Assembly (NCBI GenBank): GCA_938074535.1
Contig: CALJER010000008.1
Location: 1 to 64,000, forward strand
Direction: 5' to 3'
DNA: 64,000 nt
Source: an uncultured archaeon
Lineage (GTDB): Archaea; Hadarchaeota; Hadarchaeia; Hadarchaeales; WYZ-LMO6
Below, in pieces: positions 37,014-45,078 of this stretch. How positions within the stretch are numbered: position 1 is the stretch's first letter; every line of letters starts with the position of its first letter. Made by a program: the position numbers and the translations under genes. Below the pieces are notes generated by a model. That model was not told the origin of the DNA and did no database searches. It was given only the letters and a program-made list of their open reading frames with translations.

Positions 37014-39082
37014 TCAAGAAGCTCAGGAAGAGGGACGGGACGCTGCAGGAGTTCGAGCCGGACAGGATAGGGGAGGCCATAAGGAAGGCGGCGGAGGCGC
37101 AGGGGCTCTTGGACTTCGAGGGGGAGGCGAGGAGGCTGCAGGGGCTGGTGGTGCGCAGGCTGGAGGAGAAGGGGTACGGGGAGGAGAGGCCCCCGGACGT
37201 GGAGGGGATACAGGACGAGGTGGAGGAAGTGCTGAGGGAGGAGGGCTACGGGACGCTGGCGGAGAGGTACCACGAGTACAGGAGGAGGCACGACGAGCTC
37301 AGGAGGAGCAGGAGCACGGTGTTCGACGTGGGGAAGATGGTGGAGGAGTTCATAGGGTACAGGGACTGGAGGGTGAGGGAGAACGCCAACCTCAGGCCTT
37401 CTATTTCTTCCATGATGTTCAACTCGGCGGGGGCGGTGAACGCCAGGTACCTCCTGGACAAGGTCTACCCGCCGGAGGTCAGCGACGCCCACACGGACGG
37501 GGACCTGCACCTCCACGACCTCTACCAGGGCGTCTGCGGGTACTGCTGCGGGCACTCGATGGAGGACATACTGACGAAGGGGCTGGTGAGCGTGGGGAAC
37601 AACCCCCACTCCAACCCTCCGAAGCACCTGGACGTGGCCCTGATGCAGGCGGTGAACTACATAGGGGTGATGACGCAGGAGTGGGCGGGGGCGCAGGCCT
37701 TCTCCTGGGTGGACGCCTATTTGGCGCCCTTCATCAGGGAGGACGGGCTGAGCTACAGGCAGCTCAAGCAGCTCCTCCAGATGTTCGTGTACAACCTGAA
37801 CGTGACCTCCAGGTGGGGTGGGCAGAGCCCCTTCTCCAACGTGACGCTGGCCTGCGGGGTGCCGGAGCCCCTGAGGGACAGGCCGGCGGTGGTGGGGGGG
37901 AGAACCCTGGACAGGACGTACGAGGAGTACGAGGAGGAAATAGAGATGTTCGACAAAGCCTTCCTCGAGGTGCTGCTCGAGGGGGACGCAGCGGGCAGGC
38001 CCTTCACCTTCCCCATTCCCACCTTCGCCATCACCGGGGACTTCCCCTGGGAGGACGGGCTCAGCAGCCTCCTCTTTGGGGTGGCGGCGAAGTACGGGCT
38101 GCCCTACTTCCAGAACTTCGTGAGGAGCGACCTGAGCCCCTGGCAGGTCTATTCCATGTGCTGCAGGCTCTCCCTGGACCTGAGGGAGCTGCAGAGGAAC
38201 GTGACGGGGGGGCTCTTCGGGTCCAGCCCGAAGACGGGGAGCGTGGGCGTGGTCACCATCAACCTCTCCAGGGCGGGGTACCTGGCGAAGGGGAGCGAGG
38301 AGGAGCTCTTCAGGAGGCTGAGGTACATGTGCATCCTGGCCGGGAGGGCGCTGGAGCACAAGAGGAGGATCGTGGAGAGGAACATCCAGGCGGGCCTCCT
38401 CCCGTACACGAAGGAGTACTTCGGGGACCTGAGCAGGCACTTCTCCACCATAGGGGTGGTGGGGGGGCACGAGATGTGCCTGAACATGGGGATAGAGGGG
38501 GGAATAGCGAGCAGGGAGGGGGCGGAGCTGTGCAGGAGGGTGCTGGAGTTCCTCAGGGGGGAGTGCAGGAGGCTGCAGGAGGAGACCGGGCACCTCTACA
38601 ACCTGGAGGCCACGCCGGCGGAGGGGGTGAGCTACAGGCTGGCAAGGCTGGACAGGAGGAAGTTCGGGGCCTCCATACGCACGAGCGGGGAGAGGGAGCC
38701 CTTCTACACCAACTCCACCCAGCTGCCGGTGGACTCCGACCTGGACCTGGTGGACGCGCTCAGGCACCAGGAGCCCCTCCAGACCCTGTACACGGGGGGA
38801 ACGGTGTTCCACATCTACCTGGGAGAGAGCCTGGAGGAGGGGGAGAGCTGCAGGAGCCTCATGAGGAAGGTCACCTCCAGGACCAGGCTGCCCTACTTCA
38901 CCCTCACGCCCACCTACTCCATATGCGGCGGCCACGGGCTGCTGAGGGGGGAGCAGCCCTCCTGCCCGGTGTGCGGGAGGGAGACGGACGTGTACTCCAG
39001 GGTGGTGGGGTACTACCGACCGGTCAAGAACTGGAACGCAGGGAAGCAGGAGGAGTTCAGGCTGAGGAGGAAATACAGCTGA
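37010..39082 (+). CDS. nrdD: Class III (anaerobic) ribonucleoside-triphosphate reductase with ATP cone
   Basis: KRDG ATP cone, HLHDL, GYCCG, FTFPIPT, SMCCRL, EATPAE, glycyl radical motif YSRVVGYYRP. Confidence 0.96.
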   Translation: MIKKLRKRDGTLQEFEPDRIGEAIRKAAEAQGLLDFEGEARRLQGLVVRRLEEKGYGEERPPDVEGIQDEVEEVLREEGYGTLAERYHEYRRRHDELRRSRSTVFDVGKMVEEFIGYRDWRVRENANLRPSISSMMFNSAGAVNARYLLDKVYPPEVSDAHTDGDLHLHDLYQGVCGYCCGHSMEDILTKGLVSVGNNPHSNPPKHLDVALMQAVNYIGVMTQEWAGAQAFSWVDAYLAPFIREDGLSYRQLKQLLQMFVYNLNVTSRWGGQSPFSNVTLACGVPEPLRDRPAVVGGRTLDRTYEEYEEEIEMFDKAFLEVLLEGDAAGRPFTFPIPTFAITGDFPWEDGLSSLLFGVAAKYGLPYFQNFVRSDLSPWQVYSMCCRLSLDLRELQRNVTGGLFGSSPKTGSVGVVTINLSRAGYLAKGSEEELFRRLRYMCILAGRALEHKRRIVERNIQAGLLPYTKEYFGDLSRHFSTIGVVGGHEMCLNMGIEGGIASREGAELCRRVLEFLRGECRRLQEETGHLYNLEATPAEGVSYRLARLDRRKFGASIRTSGEREPFYTNSTQLPVDSDLDLVDALRHQEPLQTLYTGGTVFHIYLGESLEEGESCRSLMRKVTSRTRLPYFTLTPTYSICGGHGLLRGEQPSCPVCGRETDVYSRVVGYYRPVKNWNAGKQEEFRLRRKYS

Positions 39083-39117
39083 TCACGATCCCCCCACTGA
39101 CCTCCAAGGGGGTAAAA

Positions 39118-39165
39118 AGGCGGGGGCAACATCCCCCTGCGAGGGGGTAAGGTTGCCCCCTGCCT
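39118..39165. terminator. Long GC-rich hairpin between convergent nrdD and cooC-like genes (terminator or structured RNA)
   Basis: AGGCGGGGGCAAC pairs with GTTGCCCCCTGCCT, with inner stem CCCCCT/GGGGG. Followed by a T5 run on the minus strand. Confidence 0.5.
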
Positions 39166-39200
39166 CCCCTCGTGTCGGACGCGCACGCACCCTTACGGCT

Positions 39201-39950
39201 TCAGGGGGGTAGATACCCCAGTCTCCGGAGGAGTTCCCCCACCCCCAGCAGGGCCGGGGCATCCCCGCGCAGCTGGAAGATGGTTCGCCCCTCCCTGTCC
39301 AGCTCCTCCACCTCTTTGTCCTCCGGCACCCTCCCAAGGACTTCCATGCCTACAGGTACCTCCACCTCCTCCCCCCCCTTCATCCTGTTCAGAACCAGCC
39401 CCGCCCTCCTGTACTTCACCGCCCCCCTGTCCGCCACCCCCTTTATGGTGAAAGCCACTCCCAGCGACCTGGGAGAGGGGTCGGAGACCAGCAGTAGGTC
39501 ATCCACCTCCCTCATCACCCTCCGGTTGATCTGCTCCACCCCGGCCTCCCCGTCTATCACCACCACCTCGAAGCTCCTGGAGACCGAGGTGAGGATCTCC
39601 CTCAGCAGCTCGTTGACCCTGCAGTAGCATCCCTCCTCCTCGGGCCTCCCCATCGCCAGCAGCGAGAATCCCCTCCTCTCCTCCATCACCCCCAGCACCC
39701 CGTAGTCCAGGGAGAGGGCGAGCTCCTCCCGGCTCACCTTTCCCAGGGAGGAGATCCATTCCCTCCTCAGGTCCTCCACCGTCCTCCTCACCTCCACCCC
39801 CAGGGCCTGGGAGAGACCCGAGGAGGGATCCGCATCCACCGCGAGCACCCTCCTCCGGCCACCCTCCACCAGCAGCCGCAGGGAGGCTGAGGCCAGGAAG
39901 GTCTTCCCCACGCCCCCCTTCCCGCAGAAAACCATCACCCCTTCCCTCAC
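39201..39950 (-). CDS. CooC/AcsF-like nickel-insertion ATPase
   Basis: GKGGVGKT, VDADP, MGRPEEEGCYC (CxC), IDGEAGVEQINRR, LVLNR. Confidence 0.88.
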   Translation of the reverse strand: MREGVMVFCGKGGVGKTFLASASLRLLVEGGRRRVLAVDADPSSGLSQALGVEVRRTVEDLRREWISSLGKVSREELALSLDYGVLGVMEERRGFSLLAMGRPEEEGCYCRVNELLREILTSVSRSFEVVVIDGEAGVEQINRRVMREVDDLLLVSDPSPRSLGVAFTIKGVADRGAVKYRRAGLVLNRMKGGEEVEVPVGMEVLGRVPEDKEVEELDREGRTIFQLRGDAPALLGVGELLRRLGYLPP

Positions 39951-40657
39951 TTCTTCCCCTCCCTCAGCATCCTATCCCTTATCGCCCTGAGCTCCGCCAC
40001 GCTCCCGCACACCTCCCTGTAGTCGCATCTGTCGCAGTCCAGCGAAACCTCCTCCACCATCTTGCCCACGGCCCCCGCTATCTTCCTGGCCTTCTCCCCA
40101 AACCCCCAGAGGGCCCTCACGCCCTCCTCGCAGGTGGAGAAGACCACCTCCGCGGAAGACAAGGGGAAGCCGGAGCGCAGGGCCCTCAGGAGGGCCCCCC
40201 CCACCACGGAGAGGGAGAGGCCCCTCTCCACCGCCTCCCTGCTCACCCTGCTCCAGGCCTTCAGCTGGGAGGGCAGGCCCCTGACCATGTACCCCCTGAG
40301 CCCGATCCTGAGCGGAGCCAGGTTCAGCCTCCGGTACTCCTCATCCCTGACCTCCCTCGATTCCACCAGACAGAGCTGGGCGAAGGGGACCACGCCCCTC
40401 AGCCGCGGCAGGTCCTCCCCCCACAGGCTCACCCTCCCCTCCTCCACCAGCCCGGGAGTCTCGGTGAGGAGAACCGAGGAGAAGGAGGGGAGCTCCGGCG
40501 GACCGAGCTCCACCCACGTATCCTCCTTCAGAACCACGCCGGATTCCCCCAGGAAGCCGTCCGGGTCGAGGGGCGTGAGCCTCCTCACCCTCCCCCCGCT
40601 TTCTCCCCTTTTCAGAAGCTCCCGCAGGGACCTCAGGTCCTCATCGAAGAGCTTCAT
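39947..40657 (-). CDS. Truncated acetyl-CoA synthase beta (CdhC)-like protein with C-terminal CxxCx5C motif
   Basis: KEDTWVELG...VEEGRVSLWGEDL...PFAQ and GYMVRG...WSRVSREAV resemble the CdhC N-terminal domain. A-cluster domain absent; ends with LDCDRCDYREVC. Confidence 0.65.
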   Translation of the reverse strand: MKLFDEDLRSLRELLKRGESGGRVRRLTPLDPDGFLGESGVVLKEDTWVELGPPELPSFSSVLLTETPGLVEEGRVSLWGEDLPRLRGVVPFAQLCLVESREVRDEEYRRLNLAPLRIGLRGYMVRGLPSQLKAWSRVSREAVERGLSLSVVGGALLRALRSGFPLSSAEVVFSTCEEGVRALWGFGEKARKIAGAVGKMVEEVSLDCDRCDYREVCGSVAELRAIRDRMLREGKK

Positions 40658-41426
40658 CCGCCCTCTCCCGCGCGAGCAGGCAGGCCCCGTAGGCCCCCGC
40701 CAGGATGGGGTCCAGCGGGAGCCTCCTCACCTTCCTCCCCAGTTGCTCCTCCAGGGCCCTCACGAAGCTCTCCAGCCTGCTCACCCCTCCGGCCACCACC
40801 ACCTCCCCCCTCATCCCCACCTTCCTCACGATGGAGGAGACCCTCCCCGCGATGGCCCTGGTGACGGCGGCCACGACGTCCTGCACCTCCTCCCCCTCGT
40901 TCAGGAGGGCCACCACCTCGCTCTCGGCGAAAACCGTGCACTGGGAGGTGATGGAGAGTTTCTTGGTGGAGCGAGACACCGCCTCGTCCCACTCCTCCAG
41001 CCCTATGCCCAGGGCTTCCCCCAGAAGCTCCAGGAACCTCCCCGCCCCGGCCGCGCACCTGTCGTTCGTCCCGTAGTCCACCACCCTTCCCCCCTCCATC
41101 ACCGCCACCCTGGTGGTGTTGGCCCCCACCTCCACCACCGTTCCGGCCTCGGGAACCAGGGAGCTGCACGCCCTGGAAAGGCAGAGAAGGACGGGTCTCT
41201 CCTCCCTGACGAAGTCCAGACCCCTCACCCTCTCCCCCGTCCCCACGCAGTAGGCCACCTCCTCCCACCTCCTCCCGGCACCCTCCAGCGCGAGGGCGAA
41301 GGCACGCTCCGCCGTCTCCCTGGCCCTCGGCCCGGTCTCCAGGACGGCGTGGCCCAGAAGGGAACCATCTTCCATGAGGAGGGCCTTCACCCTCCCGCTC
41401 CCCACGTCCAGTCCTCCCACCAGCAT
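40641..41426 (-). CDS. CoA-enzyme activase (BadF/BadG/BcrA/BcrD ATPase family), degenerate paralog
   Basis: GLDVGS, GTG, NDRCAAGAGRFLE, CTVFAESE, GGV, GAYGA. VEVGANTT replaces the usual DIGGQD. Confidence 0.88.
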   Translation of the reverse strand: MLVGGLDVGSGRVKALLMEDGSLLGHAVLETGPRARETAERAFALALEGAGRRWEEVAYCVGTGERVRGLDFVREERPVLLCLSRACSSLVPEAGTVVEVGANTTRVAVMEGGRVVDYGTNDRCAAGAGRFLELLGEALGIGLEEWDEAVSRSTKKLSITSQCTVFAESEVVALLNEGEEVQDVVAAVTRAIAGRVSSIVRKVGMRGEVVVAGGVSRLESFVRALEEQLGRKVRRLPLDPILAGAYGACLLARERADEALR

Positions 41427-42208
41427 CAGCTTCCCCCCACCTTCTGCCTGGCGAAGAGGGCCGCCCCGAGGGCCCCCACCAGCTGCGGGTCGAAGTCCAG
41501 CCTGAGGAGGGGGACCCCCAGCATCTCCTCCAGGTACCTCACCACCCCCACGTTCTTCGCCACCCCTCCGGAGAGGACCACCTCCCTCTCCACCCCCATC
41601 CTCGAGGCCAGCGCCTTCACCCTCGCCGCCATGGCCTGATTCACACCCGCCGCCACATCCTCGGCGCTGGCACCCTCAGCCAGCTGGGAGAGGACCTCCG
41701 ACTGGGCGTAGACCGCACACACGTTGGTGATGGGTATGGGCCTCCTGGAGGAAAGGGAGAGCCTTCCCAGCTCCTCCACTCCCACTCCCAGCGTCTTGGC
41801 CATCAGCTCCAGGAACCTCCCCGTTCCCGCCGCGCACTTGTCGTTCATGACGAAGTTCAGCAGCCTTCCCTCCCCGTCCACCCTTATCACCTTGCAGTCC
41901 TGCCCCCCTATGTCTATCACCGTCCTCACGGAGGGAAGGAGCCAGTGGGCACCCTTTCCGTGGCAGGAGATCTCCGACACGTTCTCCCCCGCGAAAGGAA
42001 TCCTCACCCTGCCGTAGCCCGTCCCCACGCAGTAGGCCACCTCCTCCCACCTCCTCCCCGCCTTCCTCAGCGCCTCCTCCATCACCTCCCTGGCCGAGAG
42101 CTCCGGTCTGGGTTTGACCCTCCTCACCTCGTGGGAGAGGATGCGCCCGTCCTCCAGCAGGACGGCCTTGGCGGTGAGGGAGCCCACGTCGCAGCCTGCC
42201 ACCAGCAT
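41426..42208 (-). CDS. CoA-enzyme activase (HgdC/BcrA-type ATPase)
   Basis: DVGSLTAK, TGYGR, EISCHGKG, DIGGQDCK, MNDKCAAGTGRFLE, CAVYA, GGVAKN. Confidence 0.93.
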   Translation of the reverse strand: MLVAGCDVGSLTAKAVLLEDGRILSHEVRRVKPRPELSAREVMEEALRKAGRRWEEVAYCVGTGYGRVRIPFAGENVSEISCHGKGAHWLLPSVRTVIDIGGQDCKVIRVDGEGRLLNFVMNDKCAAGTGRFLELMAKTLGVGVEELGRLSLSSRRPIPITNVCAVYAQSEVLSQLAEGASAEDVAAGVNQAMAARVKALASRMGVEREVVLSGGVAKNVGVVRYLEEMLGVPLLRLDFDPQLVGALGAALFARQKVGGS

Positions 42209-42209
42209 G

Positions 42210-43577
42210 CTAGCCCAGTCCCATCGTTTCGTTGAACTCCAAAATCCTGCGCTTGATCTCCGAAACGGGGCTGACCCTGAAGTCCCAGGAGTCAGCCTCC
42301 AGCCTGAGGCAGGGCAGGCCCGTCTCCCTCTGGAGCGCCCTTATGAAGGCCTGGAAGCCCCCCCAAGTGTTCTTGCAGGCAGGATGGCCGGCGAACACGA
42401 AGCAGTCCCCTCCCCACTGCTCCACGCACCACACGTAGTCCTCCAGCCACTGGTCGGGCAGATCCACAGGCCCCCTCTGCTGCCTGGTCATGGGGTAGCT
42501 CCAGCACCTCTGCGCCAGCCCCTCCAGCATGGTGTCCAGGGAGGAGGTGTCGATGGGTTTCTCCGCGTGGAAGAGGGTGAGGACGTCCACCACGTAGCTC
42601 ATCCCGTTCTCCTCCAGCCAGAACCAGAGGTCCATGCTGGGGGGGTAGAAGCCCGTGTACACCCAGATCTGCCTGATGCGCTCCTCCGGCTTCGCTCCTT
42701 CCCCCTTCCTGAGCCTGTCCTTGGAGGCCTCCAGCACGGCCTCGAAGACCCTGGTCCCCTGCGGGGTCCCCACCGAGCTGAACTTCACGCCCTGGAGGAA
42801 GATGTTGAAGGAGGAGTGGACGGGGTTGGGGCGGGCCCTCTTCAGGTCATTTATCTCCAGGTAATACTTCCTGCACTTCTCGCTCTCCTCCACCACCTCC
42901 CTCAGCCTCTCCTCCTCCAGTTTCTTCCCGGCGAACTCCTCCAGCCTCCTCACCTGGTGCCTGTACTCCTTCGTGTAGTAGTCGAAGGCCCTCTCCCCGT
43001 GGTAGGTGGGACAGTCTATCCCCAAATAGGGAACACCCAGGCGGACCGCCATGTACTCGTAGAGCTTGGAGTTGGCGTCGCAGCTTCCTGGGGCGGCGGT
43101 AACCACCAGATCCGGGCGCAGGCCCAAGCCCTTCAGGATGGCCCCGCAGGCTGCCCTCTGGGAGGTGCACATGGTCTCGAGCAGTCCCTCCTCCACGCTC
43201 CAGTCGAAGTAGACGTGGGGATCCTCGAGGAAAATGGTGGCGAAGGAGGTGAGGACCTCCGGCACCAGCGGGACGAGGTCCAAAGCGTAAAAGACCTCCG
43301 GGGCGGTGTTGAAGCTGGAGAGCACCACCTTCTTTCCCTCCTCCCTCGCCCCCCTCAGCATCCCGAGATACCAGGCCGCCCACCTAGAGACCTCCAGGGC
43401 CACCCTCCGGATGGCGGGGTCGGAGAGGAAGAGATGCCTCAGGACCTCGGCCTGGGAGGGAACGGCCGCCACCAGGTCCTCCATTTCCCTCTCCGTAACG
43501 TCCTCGGGGATGGAGGAAGCCGTGGAAAGAAGGATGAAGAGCCTCTCCTCGAGCGGCAGCTGCCTAGCCTCTTCCAC
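42210..43577 (-). CDS. 2-hydroxyacyl-CoA dehydratase / benzoyl-CoA reductase family subunit (HgdA/BcrB-like)
   Basis: PEVFYALD, MCT, SCD..K, LEEFAGKK, C-terminal ACK...GLPCLRLEAD..D; about 70-aa N-terminal extension. Confidence 0.85.
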   Translation of the reverse strand: MEEARQLPLEERLFILLSTASSIPEDVTEREMEDLVAAVPSQAEVLRHLFLSDPAIRRVALEVSRWAAWYLGMLRGAREEGKKVVLSSFNTAPEVFYALDLVPLVPEVLTSFATIFLEDPHVYFDWSVEEGLLETMCTSQRAACGAILKGLGLRPDLVVTAAPGSCDANSKLYEYMAVRLGVPYLGIDCPTYHGERAFDYYTKEYRHQVRRLEEFAGKKLEEERLREVVEESEKCRKYYLEINDLKRARPNPVHSSFNIFLQGVKFSSVGTPQGTRVFEAVLEASKDRLRKGEGAKPEERIRQIWVYTGFYPPSMDLWFWLEENGMSYVVDVLTLFHAEKPIDTSSLDTMLEGLAQRCWSYPMTRQQRGPVDLPDQWLEDYVWCVEQWGGDCFVFAGHPACKNTWGGFQAFIRALQRETGLPCLRLEADSWDFRVSPVSEIKRRILEFNETMGLG

Positions 43578-43899
43578 CAGCCTCCCTCCTCTCGGCCAGC
43601 CTCCTCAGCTCCCTCTCCTCCAGCCTCGGGCGGAGGTAAATCGCGTACCCACCCTGGGTCTTCTCCACCATGAGCTTCCATCCGCCCTTCTCCCCCTCCT
43701 CCCTCTCCGACTGTCCTCTCACCACCCTGTCCAGCATCTCCTCCATCCCCTCCAACAGCTCCCTGGGAAGTCTGGACCTGAAGTCGGGGCAGATCCTGGT
43801 GCTGGCGGGGTTCTCCTCGCTCCCCTTCAGCTGACACCTTATCCTCTCCCACTCCATCCACGCGGCCCAGAAGCAGTCACCGCACCTAACGGGGCTCAT
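43564..43899 (-). CDS. Small Cys-rich hypothetical protein within the dehydratase/reductase operon
   Basis: MSPVRCGDCFW...RCQ...ICPDF. ATG overlaps the upstream stop (ATGA); SD-like GGGGAG. Confidence 0.7.
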   Translation of the reverse strand: MSPVRCGDCFWAAWMEWERIRCQLKGSEENPASTRICPDFRSRLPRELLEGMEEMLDRVVRGQSEREEGEKGGWKLMVEKTQGGYAIYLRPRLEERELRRLAERREAGGRG

Positions 43900-45029
43900 C
43901 TCCCCAGCCTCTCCAGGAAGGCCTGGATTCTGGTCCTGATCCTCCCCACCTCCGCCAGCGGGCCGTACTGCCTCTCCAGGAGCAGAGTGGGCACCCCCTC
44001 CTCCTCCAGCCTCCTGGCGAAGAGGGTGTTGTCTCCTCCATGCGTGTCGCAGAACTTCATGTGCTCCAGGACCACTCCTTCCACCCTCCATTCTTTGATG
44101 AGCCTCCTCAAAAAGTTGAGCTTCCTCTCGAACTCCCCATAGGTCCTGGCGCAGGGTACGTGGTAGTAGTACCTCCTCACCAGGGCCTCAAAGGGGTCCC
44201 CCCCCTCTTCCACCATGTCCACGATGGACCTCATGCCGAAGCAGAGGGAGTCCGTGACCACCAGGCCCCCCTGCCCCTCTATCACCCTCACCAGCTCCGG
44301 ATCGTCGTTCACGCTCCCCACGAGCATCAGCCTGGTTCCGGAGTACTCCTTTCCCCTCTCCTCCACTTCCTCCAGCGCTTCCTCCAGCAGGCGGTTGTAG
44401 ACCTCCCTTCTCACAGCCGTGCTCGCCACGTGGAGGGCCAGGGCCTCCTGCCCGGAAACAGGGGGTCTCTCCCTCTTTCTCCTTTCGTTGAGCTCCAGGA
44501 GGAGCCTCCTCCCCCTGTTGTACTCCCTGATGGCCTCCTCCAGCTTTTCGGGAGAGAGCTCCGTCCCGAAGTGCCCCTCCATGGCCTTCAAAAGGGAGAA
44601 GATCTCGCCCCGGTAGAACTCCAGCCCGTGCTCCGTGAGGGTGTGGGGGATCCCAAAGTAGTAGAAGAAGGGGGGGAGGTTCCCCGCCGCCTTCCAGCAG
44701 TCGTACATCCTCCTCACATGATCGCAGGTGCGGGAGATCACGGCCCCATCCAGGAAGTCGTACCTTCCCTCCAGCACCAGCTGCAGGCAGCAGCGCGTGT
44801 AGCTGCAGTTGACGGGACCGTACCAGGCGTCCGCCAGGGAGGTTCCTGAGCAACCCGTCCCCCTGATCCTGAAGGGAAGCATGCCCAGGGCGTGGACGAG
44901 CTCTTCCGGGAAGTAGCTGCAGGTGTAGCCCACGACCCTCCCTCCTCCCCTCTTCCACTCTTCCAGCAGGGGATTGGAGATCCCCGAGGAGACCCGCTCC
45001 AGGGCTTCTAGACTTCCCACTTCAAACAT
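43896..45029 (-). CDS. 2-hydroxyacyl-CoA dehydratase / benzoyl-CoA reductase family subunit (HgdB/BcrC-like)
   Basis: VGYTCSYFPEEL, NCSY, TCDHVRR, DSLCFG, MKFCD, RTRIQAFLE. Start at ATG 45029. Confidence 0.88.
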   Translation of the reverse strand: MFEVGSLEALERVSSGISNPLLEEWKRGGGRVVGYTCSYFPEELVHALGMLPFRIRGTGCSGTSLADAWYGPVNCSYTRCCLQLVLEGRYDFLDGAVISRTCDHVRRMYDCWKAAGNLPPFFYYFGIPHTLTEHGLEFYRGEIFSLLKAMEGHFGTELSPEKLEEAIREYNRGRRLLLELNERRKRERPPVSGQEALALHVASTAVRREVYNRLLEEALEEVEERGKEYSGTRLMLVGSVNDDPELVRVIEGQGGLVVTDSLCFGMRSIVDMVEEGGDPFEALVRRYYYHVPCARTYGEFERKLNFLRRLIKEWRVEGVVLEHMKFCDTHGGDNTLFARRLEEEGVPTLLLERQYGPLAEVGRIRTRIQAFLERLGR

Positions 45030-45078
45030 GGTTCTTGCGGGCATAAATCTTTTTTTTTGAAGGGGCCAAGAAAAACCG

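Noticed and set aside
39201-40657. Functional CODH/ACS (Wood-Ljungdahl) cluster
   Set aside because: The CdhC-like protein lacks the A-cluster domain, and no cdhA/B/D/E or cooS genes are in the window.
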